A DNA stretch of 64,000 nucleotides from a virus: IMG/VR virus record IMGVR_UViG_3300005617_000028, positions 1-64,000 of that record, one strand, 5' to 3'. Position 1 is the stretch's first letter. Each line of letters starts with the position of its first letter. Positions 10,172 through 20,037 of this stretch are shown here, one piece after another. The translations under genes were made by a program, and so were the position numbers. Under the pieces are notes generated by a model, which was not told where the DNA came from, did no database searches, and saw only the letters and a program-made list of their open reading frames with translations.

Positions 10172-11754
10172 GCGCCTACACCAACACTCCCACCGGAGCC
10201 GCCCCCGGCGTGGCCGCCACCACCGCCAACACTGGCGGCGCCTGCGGTGACGCGCTGACCGTCAACGTGGCCGGCGCCGGTGCGGTCACCTTCGACGACA
10301 GCGCCGGCCCGCTCGCCTACAAGATCGAGGGAATGTTTGACGGCGGCTCGGCGATGGCCACCATCGGCTGGGACTGGGACCCCACCGACCGGGGCGGCGG
10401 GCGGATGGAGCTGTACCTGCCCGCCTATCCGCCACCCGAATCAGGGGTGCTGGTGTTGGCGGTGCTCGCCCCGCAGATCGGGCACCTCTACGTCGACGCT
10501 GACGGCCTGCTTGTCGTCAATCCGGTGGCCGGCGGTACCCTGCCCGGCTCGACCCTGCCGGTACCGCTGAATACCTGGTTCCGCATCGAGTGGGACATCA
10601 CCCACACCAACCCCGACGGCGCCTACCTATTCGCGGTGTTTGCCGACCTGACCAGCGAGACACCCACCGAAACGTTCGGCTCCGTGCAGACCTGGCCCTA
10701 CCCGTACCCGTTCTACCAGGCCACCTTCGGCCAGGAGGCGGTGTACGCCGACGGAACCTACTGGATCGGCAACATCACCATCAACGACACCGGCCTGCCC
10801 GGATCGGTTCCCCCGCCCCCGGCGCCGGTGGTGCTTGACGCAGTTCCGTTCGGGCTGACCCTGGCCAGCAACGCGCCGGTGGCGAGCAGCGTGGCGCCGC
10901 TGAACGTGGCCTGTCCGGGCGGCGGTCTGATTCTGGCGAGCGCCGCACCCGTTGTCGCCCTCACCATCGGTGCCCAGCCACCCCCGATGAGCCTCCTGCT
11001 GGGCATGACCGCACCACCGCATCCGTACTGGGCGCCGCCGCCTCCGCGCCTGGTGCACCCGGACTGCGCACGCTTCGGGCTGCGCCTGGGCGGCAGCACC
11101 GCACGGATCAGTCTGGCCGGAGTTGATCTGCGGGCCCCCGCCGCGGCCGCCGTAATGGCCGCCACGACGCCCGTGTTTCTCGTCACCGTCCGCGCGCCCA
11201 CCGGCCCGGACGGGCTGGTCGTGGCGGTGCAGGTCGCGTCTGAGGTCACCTTCGCCGCACCCACCATGACCATCTACGGCGATGTGAGCGACACGTCGGG
11301 GGCCCTGTCGACCCAGCTGGTCGCCACCGCCCCGCTGGCGCCGGGCACATGGTGGTGGCGCGCCGCGATCGTGCCCGGCCGGTACACCGCGCCAGCCACC
11401 TTCACCGTCAACCCCACCGCCGGGATCGCCACCGCCGCCGGCCATTGGTCCGTTGACCCGGCCGCCGACCCGGCGCCGCACCTGTGGTTGCTCACCCCGC
11501 CACACGGACAGGTCGGTGACACGGTCACGGCCGTCGGCGCTGGTCTGGCCGCAACCCTCAGCGCCACCCTCGGTGGTGTCCCCGCCCCGGTCACCGCGGT
11601 CCGGGTGGTGGCGCCCGGGGTGGATGCCTATACCGGCGGCCGGATCATCGATGCCGTCACCGGAGATGTCACCGTCGGCCACGATGAGGTGGACGTAACC
11701 ATCCCGCCCGGGACGGGATCTCCCGGTGGACCATTGCTGCTGGTGGGGAGCTGA
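10168..11754 (+). CDS. minor tail/fiber protein with lectin-like and Ig-like segments
   Basis: LNTWFRIEW beta-sandwich-like segment, Pro-rich linkers, tail context. Confidence 0.55.
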   Translation: MSAYTNTPTGAAPGVAATTANTGGACGDALTVNVAGAGAVTFDDSAGPLAYKIEGMFDGGSAMATIGWDWDPTDRGGGRMELYLPAYPPPESGVLVLAVLAPQIGHLYVDADGLLVVNPVAGGTLPGSTLPVPLNTWFRIEWDITHTNPDGAYLFAVFADLTSETPTETFGSVQTWPYPYPFYQATFGQEAVYADGTYWIGNITINDTGLPGSVPPPPAPVVLDAVPFGLTLASNAPVASSVAPLNVACPGGGLILASAAPVVALTIGAQPPPMSLLLGMTAPPHPYWAPPPPRLVHPDCARFGLRLGGSTARISLAGVDLRAPAAAAVMAATTPVFLVTVRAPTGPDGLVVAVQVASEVTFAAPTMTIYGDVSDTSGALSTQLVATAPLAPGTWWWRAAIVPGRYTAPATFTVNPTAGIATAAGHWSVDPAADPAPHLWLLTPPHGQVGDTVTAVGAGLAATLSATLGGVPAPVTAVRVVAPGVDAYTGGRIIDAVTGDVTVGHDEVDVTIPPGTGSPGGPLLLVGS

Positions 11755-11759
11755 CCACG

Positions 11760-13232
11760 GTGACCGTGTCCAATCCGCTCTTCCTCACCGTCTCCGACAC
11801 CTCCACCACGCCGGGCAGCGGTTTCGAGGTGCTGGTCTACCCGCTCACCGACCTGGCCCACCCGCTGGCCGTCATCACCGAATACACCGCCCTGACCTTC
11901 ATGGTGGAACTGTCCGGGGTGGGCGCCGGTTCGGTGAGCATGGACGACGACTCACCGATGTGGAACCGGCGCCTGCGCGACGGCCGCCCGATGCGGGCCC
12001 TGCGGGACGGCGGCTTCGTGTGGGAGGTCCGCATCGACGGGATCATCGTCGCGCAGTGGCTGTCCGGCCAGGTGGACGAAACCCGCGAGAACACCGACGC
12101 CACCCATTCTGTCGTCGTGGCCGGGCCCGGTACCGGCGCTGTGTTGACCTGGGCGAAGATCATGCCACCCAACTTCCCCGCGGCGGCGGTCAAACCCAAT
12201 GCGCCACTGTCGTGGGGCTTCACCTCCAAGACGCCGGCGATGTCGATCTTCGGGTTGTTTCTCCGCGCCGCCAAGGCCCGGGGAGTGTGTTCGTTCGTCA
12301 CCCCGACGTTCACGGACACACATGACTCGGCCGGGATGATGTGGGCGGATGTGGCCCACCCCTACACCCGCCCATCCAACCTGCCCTACGCGCCGGAACT
12401 GGGTACCGACCTGCTCACCGCGCTCAACGTGGCCACCGGTGTGGATCCTGACCAGGCCACCGGCATGCGCGCCGAATGGGTGATGTGGCCCGGATTCCGG
12501 TTGGACGCGCGCCCCACCGTCGGCGTGCACCGGGAAACGCAGGTGATTTTCGGCGAGCCGGCCGTACTGGGGGTGGACCGGACCCGGGTCCGCGACGCCA
12601 TCGCCAACACGGTGGCCATCCGCGACCTCTACGGCGGTATCTCCATCGCCACCGACACCGTCTCAGAAGCTCGGTGGGGTCGCCGGGAGTTGCTACAGGT
12701 GCGGGCCAACTTCACCGACCCACCCAGGCGCCGGGCCATCGCCGCCAACCAGCTGGCCGCACTCTCGCAGGAGAAGTCCAGCTGGACGATCAGCGTGCCG
12801 TACAACTCGCCCCGGCGGCGGCCCTTCATCAACTACCACCTGGGCGACTGGGTCGGCATCGACTCGGTCGACCCGGCCACCGGGGTGTCCACGGTGGACG
12901 CCTACCGGGTGATGGCGATCGCGGTGTCCGTGGACGCCACCAACGACAGCGCTCCCACGGTGGAACTCACCTTGCAGTCGGCGCTGGACGCCTACAGCCT
13001 CACCCTGCAACGGCGCCTCACCGCCATCGTCAACTCGGTCGTCAACGGCGCCCCACCGGTCATCCACGTCCCGGCGGGCACGTCCGACAACTCGCCGCTG
13101 GTCTACGACGCCGCCACCAACACCTGGGGCCCTGGCACCTGGGGTGCCGGAGCCGGCCTCCCGCCGGTGTTCATCCAGCCCACCGACCCTGGCACGGCCG
13201 CCCCGGTGGGCTACCTGTGGTACCAGACCTGA
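11760..13232 (+). CDS. minor tail protein (baseplate hub/Tal-like)
   Basis: ELSGVGAGS, YHLGDWV, FIQPTDP...LWYQT motifs typical of actinophage tail proteins. Confidence 0.65.
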   Translation: MTVSNPLFLTVSDTSTTPGSGFEVLVYPLTDLAHPLAVITEYTALTFMVELSGVGAGSVSMDDDSPMWNRRLRDGRPMRALRDGGFVWEVRIDGIIVAQWLSGQVDETRENTDATHSVVVAGPGTGAVLTWAKIMPPNFPAAAVKPNAPLSWGFTSKTPAMSIFGLFLRAAKARGVCSFVTPTFTDTHDSAGMMWADVAHPYTRPSNLPYAPELGTDLLTALNVATGVDPDQATGMRAEWVMWPGFRLDARPTVGVHRETQVIFGEPAVLGVDRTRVRDAIANTVAIRDLYGGISIATDTVSEARWGRRELLQVRANFTDPPRRRAIAANQLAALSQEKSSWTISVPYNSPRRRPFINYHLGDWVGIDSVDPATGVSTVDAYRVMAIAVSVDATNDSAPTVELTLQSALDAYSLTLQRRLTAIVNSVVNGAPPVIHVPAGTSDNSPLVYDAATNTWGPGTWGAGAGLPPVFIQPTDPGTAAPVGYLWYQT

Positions 13233-13368
13233 GCCCATGTTTCCCCTGGAAATGTGAATCCTATTGTTGCCCTCGGTCCACTCGTGAATGACGAATAATG
13301 ACTGAGCCAGGATTCGCGGCACATACTGCGAGTAATAATGATCGCGAACGAAACTGAAGGGATTCACC

Positions 13369-13737
13369 ATGGAGTTTCTGCCCATCGCGGCGATGGCCAT
13401 CCTGACTGTGAAGGTCGTCGACTTTCTGCGGTACTTCCGGGCACTGGCCGAACCCACCACCCGGTCCGCGGGCCTCAACGGTGTGTTGACCCAGCTGGGT
13501 GCCTGGTTGGCGGGTGTGGTGGTGGTTTCACTCGTCGCCCACACCAACTGGGCCGGTGAGGTGATGGTCGGGACGTACCCGGTGGCGAAGCTGGGCTTCT
13601 GGTCCCTGGTGTTCTTCGGCATGTCGACCGCGTCGGTCGGGTCGTTGGCCATCGACTTCAAGAAGGCTCTCGACAATAGCCAGAGCGCTGTCATTCCGGT
13701 ACTGGTAGCCGTCCCCAGCACCACTGAATCCGGGTAG
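13369..13737 (+). CDS. holin-like membrane protein
   Basis: 122 aa with 2-3 hydrophobic helices at the end of the tail block. Confidence 0.55.
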   Translation: MEFLPIAAMAILTVKVVDFLRYFRALAEPTTRSAGLNGVLTQLGAWLAGVVVVSLVAHTNWAGEVMVGTYPVAKLGFWSLVFFGMSTASVGSLAIDFKKALDNSQSAVIPVLVAVPSTTESG

Positions 13738-13747
13738 GAGCGCCGGA

Positions 13748-14185
13748 GTGACCTCAGTCGCCACGGGGAACGCCCCGGTTTTCGACCTGACCGACCTGGA
13801 CACGTTCCAGAGCCGCATCGACGCGGCGATGAACGCTTTCCGCCGCGACGCGGGCTATGCCGCCAGCATGGCCCGGGCCGCGGTGGTGATCGCCACCAAA
13901 CGCCGCGCGGGCAGTGCCCGCACCACGCTGCGCGCGGCGGAACTGGCCGCCCACGCCGAATGCGTGGCGGCGGGAACGTTCGCCTGCCACGCGGTCAGCC
14001 CGTGCGGGGTGGGTGACTGCAAATTCGCGGTGGACGGCATGGCCGCCCTGACCGTGGCGGGGGAATCCGGGACCGGCCGCCGCCCGCAGGCTGACAGCAA
14101 CGGGTCGTACAGCATGGCCCCCGCGGTGACCGCTCTGACGCGCCAGCTGGCCACGACACCGCAACGGTTCGGGTCGGCCGCGTAG
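13748..14185 (+). CDS. hypothetical protein
   Basis: AGGAG RBS; Cys/His cluster. Confidence 0.5.
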   Translation: MTSVATGNAPVFDLTDLDTFQSRIDAAMNAFRRDAGYAASMARAAVVIATKRRAGSARTTLRAAELAAHAECVAAGTFACHAVSPCGVGDCKFAVDGMAALTVAGESGTGRRPQADSNGSYSMAPAVTALTRQLATTPQRFGSAA

Positions 14186-14193
14186 ACAACAGC

Positions 14194-15843
14194 GTGGAGC
14201 CACTGCTGGTCGACGTTCGTGCCATACCGGTACCGACCCGGCTGGCCGCCGCTGACCAGATCCGGAGCCTGACCAACTTCGCGCTGCCCGAGCTGGACTG
14301 GTTCAACTCCGCTCCCTGCCCGCGCCACACCAGCATCGAAGAAGGCGGCGTGCAGTTCCCGCCGTGCCGCCGCTGCGGGGTGCGGCTGCGTAAACACCAG
14401 CGGGTCGGGGTGGCCTGGTTGTACATGCGTGGCCACGGCCTGATCGCTGATTCCACCGGAACCGGCAAGACCAGCCAGGCGGCCGGGTTGCTCGCGGTGC
14501 TGAAACAGACCGGCGAACTGGACCAGCACCGGGCGGTCATCATCGTGCGGCCGGCGGTGCTCACCCAGTGGGTGGCCGAACTGAGCCGGTTCGTGCCGCG
14601 GCTGCAGGTGGTCACCGCCACCGGTACCCGCCCGCAGCGCATCGAGACGTACCTGGCCGGCTGGCACGTGCTGATCACCGGCTTCCAGATGCTGGTCCGT
14701 GACCTGGATCTGATGCCCCACTTCGCCATCGGCACGGTCATCGTCGATGACGTCGACCCGCTGCGCAACGCCGCCAACCAGACCGCGTACGCCATCAAAC
14801 GCCTCGCCCGCAGCGCCACCCGGGTGGCCATCTTCACCGCCACACCGCTGCAGAAGCGGCTGGAGGAGCTGCATTCGGTGTTCGAGCCGATCGGCGGCCT
14901 GGCCACCCTGGGCACCGCCACCGCGTTCCGGCACCGGTACCTGCGGGAGGAGCGGGTGCGCATGTACAGCCCCAGCGCCGGCCGGATGGTCAACATGCGT
15001 AAGACGGTGGGCTACCAGAACCTGGACGAGTTCATCGCCAAGATCCGGCCGCTGACCCTGCGGCGTACCGCCGACGACATCGACGACGTGGACCTGCCGG
15101 TGATCGCCCCACCCAACAACGTGTTCCTGGACCTGCACCCGGCCCAGCGGCAGCGCTACGACGAGCTGCGCACCGGCGTCCTGAAGATCATCCGGGCGGA
15201 GGGCACCACCGTCACCCGGGCCCGCGCGGTGTCGATGTTCCTCTACGGCGCGCAGATCTGCGCCGGTTTGGCGACCCTCGGCGACCCGGACGGGCCGGGC
15301 GCGTCGGTGAAACTGGACTGGGTCCTGCGCACCCTGGAAGGTGACCTGTCCGAGGAGAAGGTCCTCGTCTTCACCCAGTTCACCAACACCGCCGCGGTCC
15401 TGGCCGCCCGCCTCGACGCCGCCGGCATCGGCCACGTCCTGTTCTGGGGCCGCGAATCGTCCAAGGCGGTCCGCTCCGGCGCGGTGGAACGGTTCTGGAC
15501 CGATCCGGCCTGCCGGGTGCTGATCGGTACCTCCGCCATCGAACAGGGCCTCAACCTGCAGGTGGCCCGACACCTGATCAACGTCGACCAGCTGATGAAC
15601 CCGGCCCGGATGCAGCAACTGGTCGGGCGCATCAAACGCGACGGCAGCGCCTACCGGACGGTGTACGTGCACAACCTGCTCACCCGCGGCACCCAGGAGG
15701 AGAACTACCTGGAAGTGCTCAGCCGCGAACAGGCCCTCGCCGACTTCATCTGGTCCGAATCCAACGAGCTGTACGCCGCACTGAGCCCGCTGGCCCTGCT
15801 GCAACTGGTCGGCGGCACCATCCGGGCTGGAGGAACCCGATGA
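14194..15843 (+). CDS. SNF2-family helicase-like ATPase
   Basis: ADSTGTGKT, TATPLQ, KVLVFTQF, QGLNLQ, QLVGRIKR. Confidence 0.88.
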   Translation: MEPLLVDVRAIPVPTRLAAADQIRSLTNFALPELDWFNSAPCPRHTSIEEGGVQFPPCRRCGVRLRKHQRVGVAWLYMRGHGLIADSTGTGKTSQAAGLLAVLKQTGELDQHRAVIIVRPAVLTQWVAELSRFVPRLQVVTATGTRPQRIETYLAGWHVLITGFQMLVRDLDLMPHFAIGTVIVDDVDPLRNAANQTAYAIKRLARSATRVAIFTATPLQKRLEELHSVFEPIGGLATLGTATAFRHRYLREERVRMYSPSAGRMVNMRKTVGYQNLDEFIAKIRPLTLRRTADDIDDVDLPVIAPPNNVFLDLHPAQRQRYDELRTGVLKIIRAEGTTVTRARAVSMFLYGAQICAGLATLGDPDGPGASVKLDWVLRTLEGDLSEEKVLVFTQFTNTAAVLAARLDAAGIGHVLFWGRESSKAVRSGAVERFWTDPACRVLIGTSAIEQGLNLQVARHLINVDQLMNPARMQQLVGRIKRDGSAYRTVYVHNLLTRGTQEENYLEVLSREQALADFIWSESNELYAALSPLALLQLVGGTIRAGGTR

Positions 15844-16130
15844 ACCGTGACTCCCGCGACGGCTGCCCCCTGCACGGGCGGCACATCCCGGTCCCGCACA
15901 CCCTCGTCGCCTACCTGGTCCTGCCGGCCAGCCACGGCGGTGTCAACGAACCCGACAACGTCGTCCTGATCTGCCCCACCGGCCACGCCAACACCCGCCA
16001 ACTACTCAACCTGCTGCTGGTCGCCCAGGGTGTGGTGCCCTACGCCGCCCTGCAGACCTACGCCCGCGGAGAGCGGGACCTGGCCCAGCGCAGCTTCACC
16101 GCCATCACCGCGGTGGTGGCCCGTGGCTGA
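15840..16130 (+). CDS. HNH-like protein (degenerate)
   Basis: PxSHGGxxxxDNxxLICPTGH. Confidence 0.6.
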   Translation: MNRDSRDGCPLHGRHIPVPHTLVAYLVLPASHGGVNEPDNVVLICPTGHANTRQLLNLLLVAQGVVPYAALQTYARGERDLAQRSFTAITAVVARG

Positions 16131-16833
16131 ACAGGTCCGGCTGGACCCGGCGGTGGAGGCGATGATCCATGAACACATGGGGCTGGCCCAGTCACTGGCC
16201 CAGCAGGTGTGGCGCGGCGCCCCGCACGCCCTCGACCTGGACGAGCTGCGCGCCATCGCCTACCTGGGCCTGGTGTCCGCCGCCCGACGGTGGCGACCGT
16301 ACTGCACGGAGAAGGGATACTCCCCGGACGCGGTGGAGTACCTGAAAACCTTCATCGTCCGGCGGGTCCGGGGCGCCATCTACGACGCGCTGCGCACCAG
16401 CGACTGGGCCACCCGCAACCTGCGAACCCGGGCCAAAGCGCTGCAGGCCGCCGGCCAGCAACTCGGCGCGTCCTACACCGAACTGGCCGCCCGTACCGGC
16501 ATGAGCGTCAGCGACGTCCGCAACACCGTGCGGGGCATGGCGCGGCGCCCGATCAGCCTGGAAGGCCAGGACCCGCAGCTCATCGACCCGGAAACCGACG
16601 TCGAATCCACCGTCGTGGTCGACCTGCTGCTGGAGGAGGTGGTCGCCACCCTGGCCGCCCTGCCACCCCAGCAGCAGCTGGTGATGACGCTGCACTACTT
16701 CGAAGGCAACCAGCTCCAACACGTGGCCCGGCTGATGGGCATCACCGAAACGCTCGCCTCACAGCTGCACGCTGACGCGGTCCTGGCCGTGCACAGCGTC
16801 CTCATCGCCGCCGTCGCAGGAGACCACACATGA
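16123..16833 (+). CDS. RNA polymerase sigma factor, FliA/WhiG (sigma-28)-like
   Basis: DLDELRAIAYLGLVSAA; RVRGAIYDALRTSDW; region 4 LPPQQQLVMTLHYFEG. Confidence 0.85.
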   Translation: MAEQVRLDPAVEAMIHEHMGLAQSLAQQVWRGAPHALDLDELRAIAYLGLVSAARRWRPYCTEKGYSPDAVEYLKTFIVRRVRGAIYDALRTSDWATRNLRTRAKALQAAGQQLGASYTELAARTGMSVSDVRNTVRGMARRPISLEGQDPQLIDPETDVESTVVVDLLLEEVVATLAALPPQQQLVMTLHYFEGNQLQHVARLMGITETLASQLHADAVLAVHSVLIAAVAGDHT

Positions 16834-17219
16834 GCACACCCGAGCGCGCCCCCGTATCCCGCATCCCGGTACCCACCATCCCCAATGGACGCATCCAACG
16901 GGCCATCCCGAAGCCGTTCGCCCGGCCGTCCATCACCATCGGCGGCACCGCCGCCGGCGAACCCCGGCGGGCGTGGCGAACCGTGGTCGCCCACGCCGTC
17001 AAAGCTGGCGACATCGTCGCCGACTTCGGCCGGGTCACCGTCGTGTCCGACCAGGTACAGGCGCCTGTCTACCGTTCCGGCCTGACCGCCAGCCAGATCG
17101 CCGACGAGCTGACCTGGGTGGTCACCCTCATCGGCACCGACGTCGGCCATGGCGCCCCGGTGCGGCACCTACATGGCGCGGCCACCGTGTACGCCTTCAT
17201 CCCGGAGGACCAGCCGTGA
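16830..17219 (+). CDS. hypothetical protein
   Basis: ATGA overlap coupling. Confidence 0.5.
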   Translation: MSTPERAPVSRIPVPTIPNGRIQRAIPKPFARPSITIGGTAAGEPRRAWRTVVAHAVKAGDIVADFGRVTVVSDQVQAPVYRSGLTASQIADELTWVVTLIGTDVGHGAPVRHLHGAATVYAFIPEDQP

Positions 17220-17428
17220 CCCGGCCACTGCCGCCGTACCAGACCAGTGACGGGTTCACCTGGGGCCCGGCCGACGTCGGCCCCTGGGCCACCTTCCCCC
17301 GCGACAACGGCCGCTACCTGGTGATCCGGGTCCGCACCCCCTACCGGCTGGTCGACATCTACGTCTCACCGACCGGGCGTACCGTGCGGGTCTTCCGCGA
17401 CCACACCGAACTGAAAGGCACCCGGTAG
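17216..17428 (+). CDS. hypothetical protein
   Basis: GTGA overlap, GGAGG RBS. Confidence 0.5.
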   Translation: MTRPLPPYQTSDGFTWGPADVGPWATFPRDNGRYLVIRVRTPYRLVDIYVSPTGRTVRVFRDHTELKGTR

Positions 17429-18900
17429 TGGCCACCGCGACCGAGCACTGCCGGCAGTTGCTCGCCGCGATCATCCCCGACCGCCGCGACCTGCTCGACA
17501 AGGCGCTGCGGCACCTGTCGGCCAGCCACTTCCCGGACCGGGTGCTGGCCAACCTGTTCACGATGCTGGAAAACTACGCCGGCGTCACCACCGCGGTGAT
17601 CAGCCGGCCGGCCCTGGCCGACATGCTCGCCCGCCTCAACGCCGACATGGGCACCGTCGCCCTGTACCAGGAAACCTACGACCTGCTGGCGTCCACCCAG
17701 GTGGATGACAGCGCGTTCCTGTGGAGCCTGGAACAGATCCGGGAACTGGCCGCCGGCCGGGCCACCGCGGCCGCCCTCACCCACGCCATGCAGATCCTCA
17801 CCCAGGGCGTTGACGAAGAGGGCGAAACCGTCCGCGGCCATGCCCCGGCCCGCGCCCATGTGCTGTCCCGCTTCGCTGACATCGACCGGGACCTGTCCAT
17901 GCAGGAGGCCCCGGAAGGCGACATGCGCGCCGAGGCCGACGAGATCATCGGCGACTACGCCGACCGGAAAGCCGCCCGCCTGTCCGGCCGCAGCATCGGT
18001 GTCGAATTCGGCATCCCCGCCCTCGACGCGAAGATCACCGGCCTGCAGAACGGTGAACTCGTATTGATAGTGGGCTATACCTCGGAGGGCAAAACGAGCT
18101 TGGTGTCCCAACTGGGGTGGAACGCTGCTGTCAACCAGGGCCGCAATGTCGTCATCCTCACTACCGAGACGGTGCGGCAGCAGATACGCCGCCGGATGGT
18201 GGCCCGCCACTCCTGCCTGCCCCATTTCGGTTCGCCGGAAGGGCTCAACAGCCGCGATATCAAACACGGCACGCTCAGCGCTGACCAGGAGCGGGTGCTG
18301 CGCGCTGTGGTGGCAGATTTCACCACCAATCCCGGCTATGGGCGCTGCTATCTGGTGCAGGTCCCCCGCGCGGCCACCATGGGCTACATCGAATCGAAGC
18401 TGTTTCGCATCCAGCGGATGTTCCCGGTCGACCTGGTCATCATGGACTACCTGGCCCTGCTGCGCCCGGAGCGTCGGCGCAACAGCGACCGGGAGGAACT
18501 GGGCTCCATTCTGAAAGAGGCCAAGCAGTTGGCCACCACCTTCAACGACGGCGTGGGCGTACCGTTCGTATCGCCGTGGCAGGTGTCGCGTACCGCCCGC
18601 CAGGAGGCGGAACGGTGCGGCTTCTACACCGCCTCCGCGCTCAGCGAGACCGCCGAGGCGTCCAATTCCGCTGATCTGATCGTCAGTCTGCTGGCGCCGT
18701 TGGACACCAGTGAGCGCACCGCCACGGTGAAGATGCAGGTGATGAAAAACCGTGACGGTGAACGGGCCAATTCGATCGAAGTGTTCGTCGACTACGCCAC
18801 CAGCCGCTTCGGTGGGGTGACCAGCCGGACGGCGTCCGCGGTGGACCAGTCGATTCTGGGTGCCTACACCGAATCGTTCGGTCTGGACGGAGCCCGGTGA
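17428..18900 (+). CDS. dnaB: DnaB-like replicative helicase
   Basis: GLQNGELVLIVGYTSEGKT, LVIMDYLAL, KNRDG. Confidence 0.9.
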   Translation: MATATEHCRQLLAAIIPDRRDLLDKALRHLSASHFPDRVLANLFTMLENYAGVTTAVISRPALADMLARLNADMGTVALYQETYDLLASTQVDDSAFLWSLEQIRELAAGRATAAALTHAMQILTQGVDEEGETVRGHAPARAHVLSRFADIDRDLSMQEAPEGDMRAEADEIIGDYADRKAARLSGRSIGVEFGIPALDAKITGLQNGELVLIVGYTSEGKTSLVSQLGWNAAVNQGRNVVILTTETVRQQIRRRMVARHSCLPHFGSPEGLNSRDIKHGTLSADQERVLRAVVADFTTNPGYGRCYLVQVPRAATMGYIESKLFRIQRMFPVDLVIMDYLALLRPERRRNSDREELGSILKEAKQLATTFNDGVGVPFVSPWQVSRTARQEAERCGFYTASALSETAEASNSADLIVSLLAPLDTSERTATVKMQVMKNRDGERANSIEVFVDYATSRFGGVTSRTASAVDQSILGAYTESFGLDGAR

Positions 18901-18919
18901 TGACCGGCCGGGGGCCGAC

Positions 18920-19543
18920 ATGGCCGTGAAGACCCGCCGCCGGACCCGGATCGCCAACCCGGCGATTGAGCTGGCCAACACTCGGGTTTCCATCATTACC
19001 GCCTGCCGGTTGGTGGGGATGGACATCGGCGACGAGGTCGGCTACGGCCGCAGCCGCAAACTGCACTGCCCGTTCGGCCCGATCTACCACACCGACCAGG
19101 GCGTCGACCCGGCCATGCGGATCTACCCGGAAACCAACCACGCCTACTGCTTCGCGTGCACCATGTCCTTCACCCCGGTCTGGCTGGTCGCGCAGGCCTG
19201 GGGGCTCAGCCCGGCGGCCGCCGCGGTGAACCTGCTCGACCGCTCCGGGTACCGCGCCGCCAGCCTGCGCGAGACGTTCGCCGCCGCCAGCGCCTGGACG
19301 CCCCGTCCGGAGCCCACACTGCTGTGTGAGGCCCTGAAGACGTACTGTCGGCGCATCCACCCGGCCTGGGAGGACATCCAGTTCAGCGCCGACGTGGCAG
19401 GCACGCTGGCCCGGTGCCTCGCCCTGGTGGACCTGGTCACCACCCCCGCGCAGGCCGACCAGTGGCTGTCCGCCTGCAAGCTGATTATGGCCCGGGCCAC
19501 CCAGGCATACAGCGAGCTTTACCTACCGGACCGGATCAGCTAG
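18920..19543 (+). CDS. primase zinc-binding (CHC2-like) domain protein
   Basis: CPF..H..DPAMRIYPETNHAYCFAC directly after DnaB; no TOPRIM motif seen. Confidence 0.7.
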   Translation: MAVKTRRRTRIANPAIELANTRVSIITACRLVGMDIGDEVGYGRSRKLHCPFGPIYHTDQGVDPAMRIYPETNHAYCFACTMSFTPVWLVAQAWGLSPAAAAVNLLDRSGYRAASLRETFAAASAWTPRPEPTLLCEALKTYCRRIHPAWEDIQFSADVAGTLARCLALVDLVTTPAQADQWLSACKLIMARATQAYSELYLPDRIS

Positions 19544-19581
19544 ACTTAGGTCTACTTTATTCTAAGTCTGTGTGTGAGGTG

Positions 19582-19899
19582 ATGGGCGTGGCCGTCGACG
19601 ACGACGTGATCCTGATCAAGCCCCTGGAAGGCTGGCTGACGCTGGAGGAGGCCGAGGGGATCCTGGGGCTCACCAAGCAGGGCGTTCACGCCATGGTGTG
19701 GCGGGCCTTGGAATTCGATTTCGACAGGGATGTGCGGGCGGTGGGGAGGCGCCCCACCTACGTATTGCGGGAATCAGCGGTACTGAAGAAGAAGGAGGAG
19801 CGGGACAAGGCGGCCGCGGCCAGGGCGGCCCGGGCGGCAATGAAAGCTGAGACGAAAGACCGGGTTCGTCGCCGGGGTGTGGCGGCACGACCCAACTAG
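19582..19899 (+). CDS. HTH DNA-binding protein
   Basis: WLTLEEAEGILGLTKQGV. Confidence 0.55.
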   Translation: MGVAVDDDVILIKPLEGWLTLEEAEGILGLTKQGVHAMVWRALEFDFDRDVRAVGRRPTYVLRESAVLKKKEERDKAAAARAARAAMKAETKDRVRRRGVAARPN

Positions 19900-20037
19900 T
19901 CGACTCGCATGCCGGAAATGCAAGTTGCCCCTGTGGCACGCTTACCCGCAGTGTGCACGTCCTGTCGTATTCGGACCCGCCGCGGTGTTAGCCTGGCCTT
20001 TCATCCCAAATTCGGATTCGAGGCGAGGAGCCCCCGC

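Noticed and set aside
13855-19026. Long minus-strand ORFs 13855-15804 and 17359-19026
   Set aside because: Shadows of the helicase genes, no motifs
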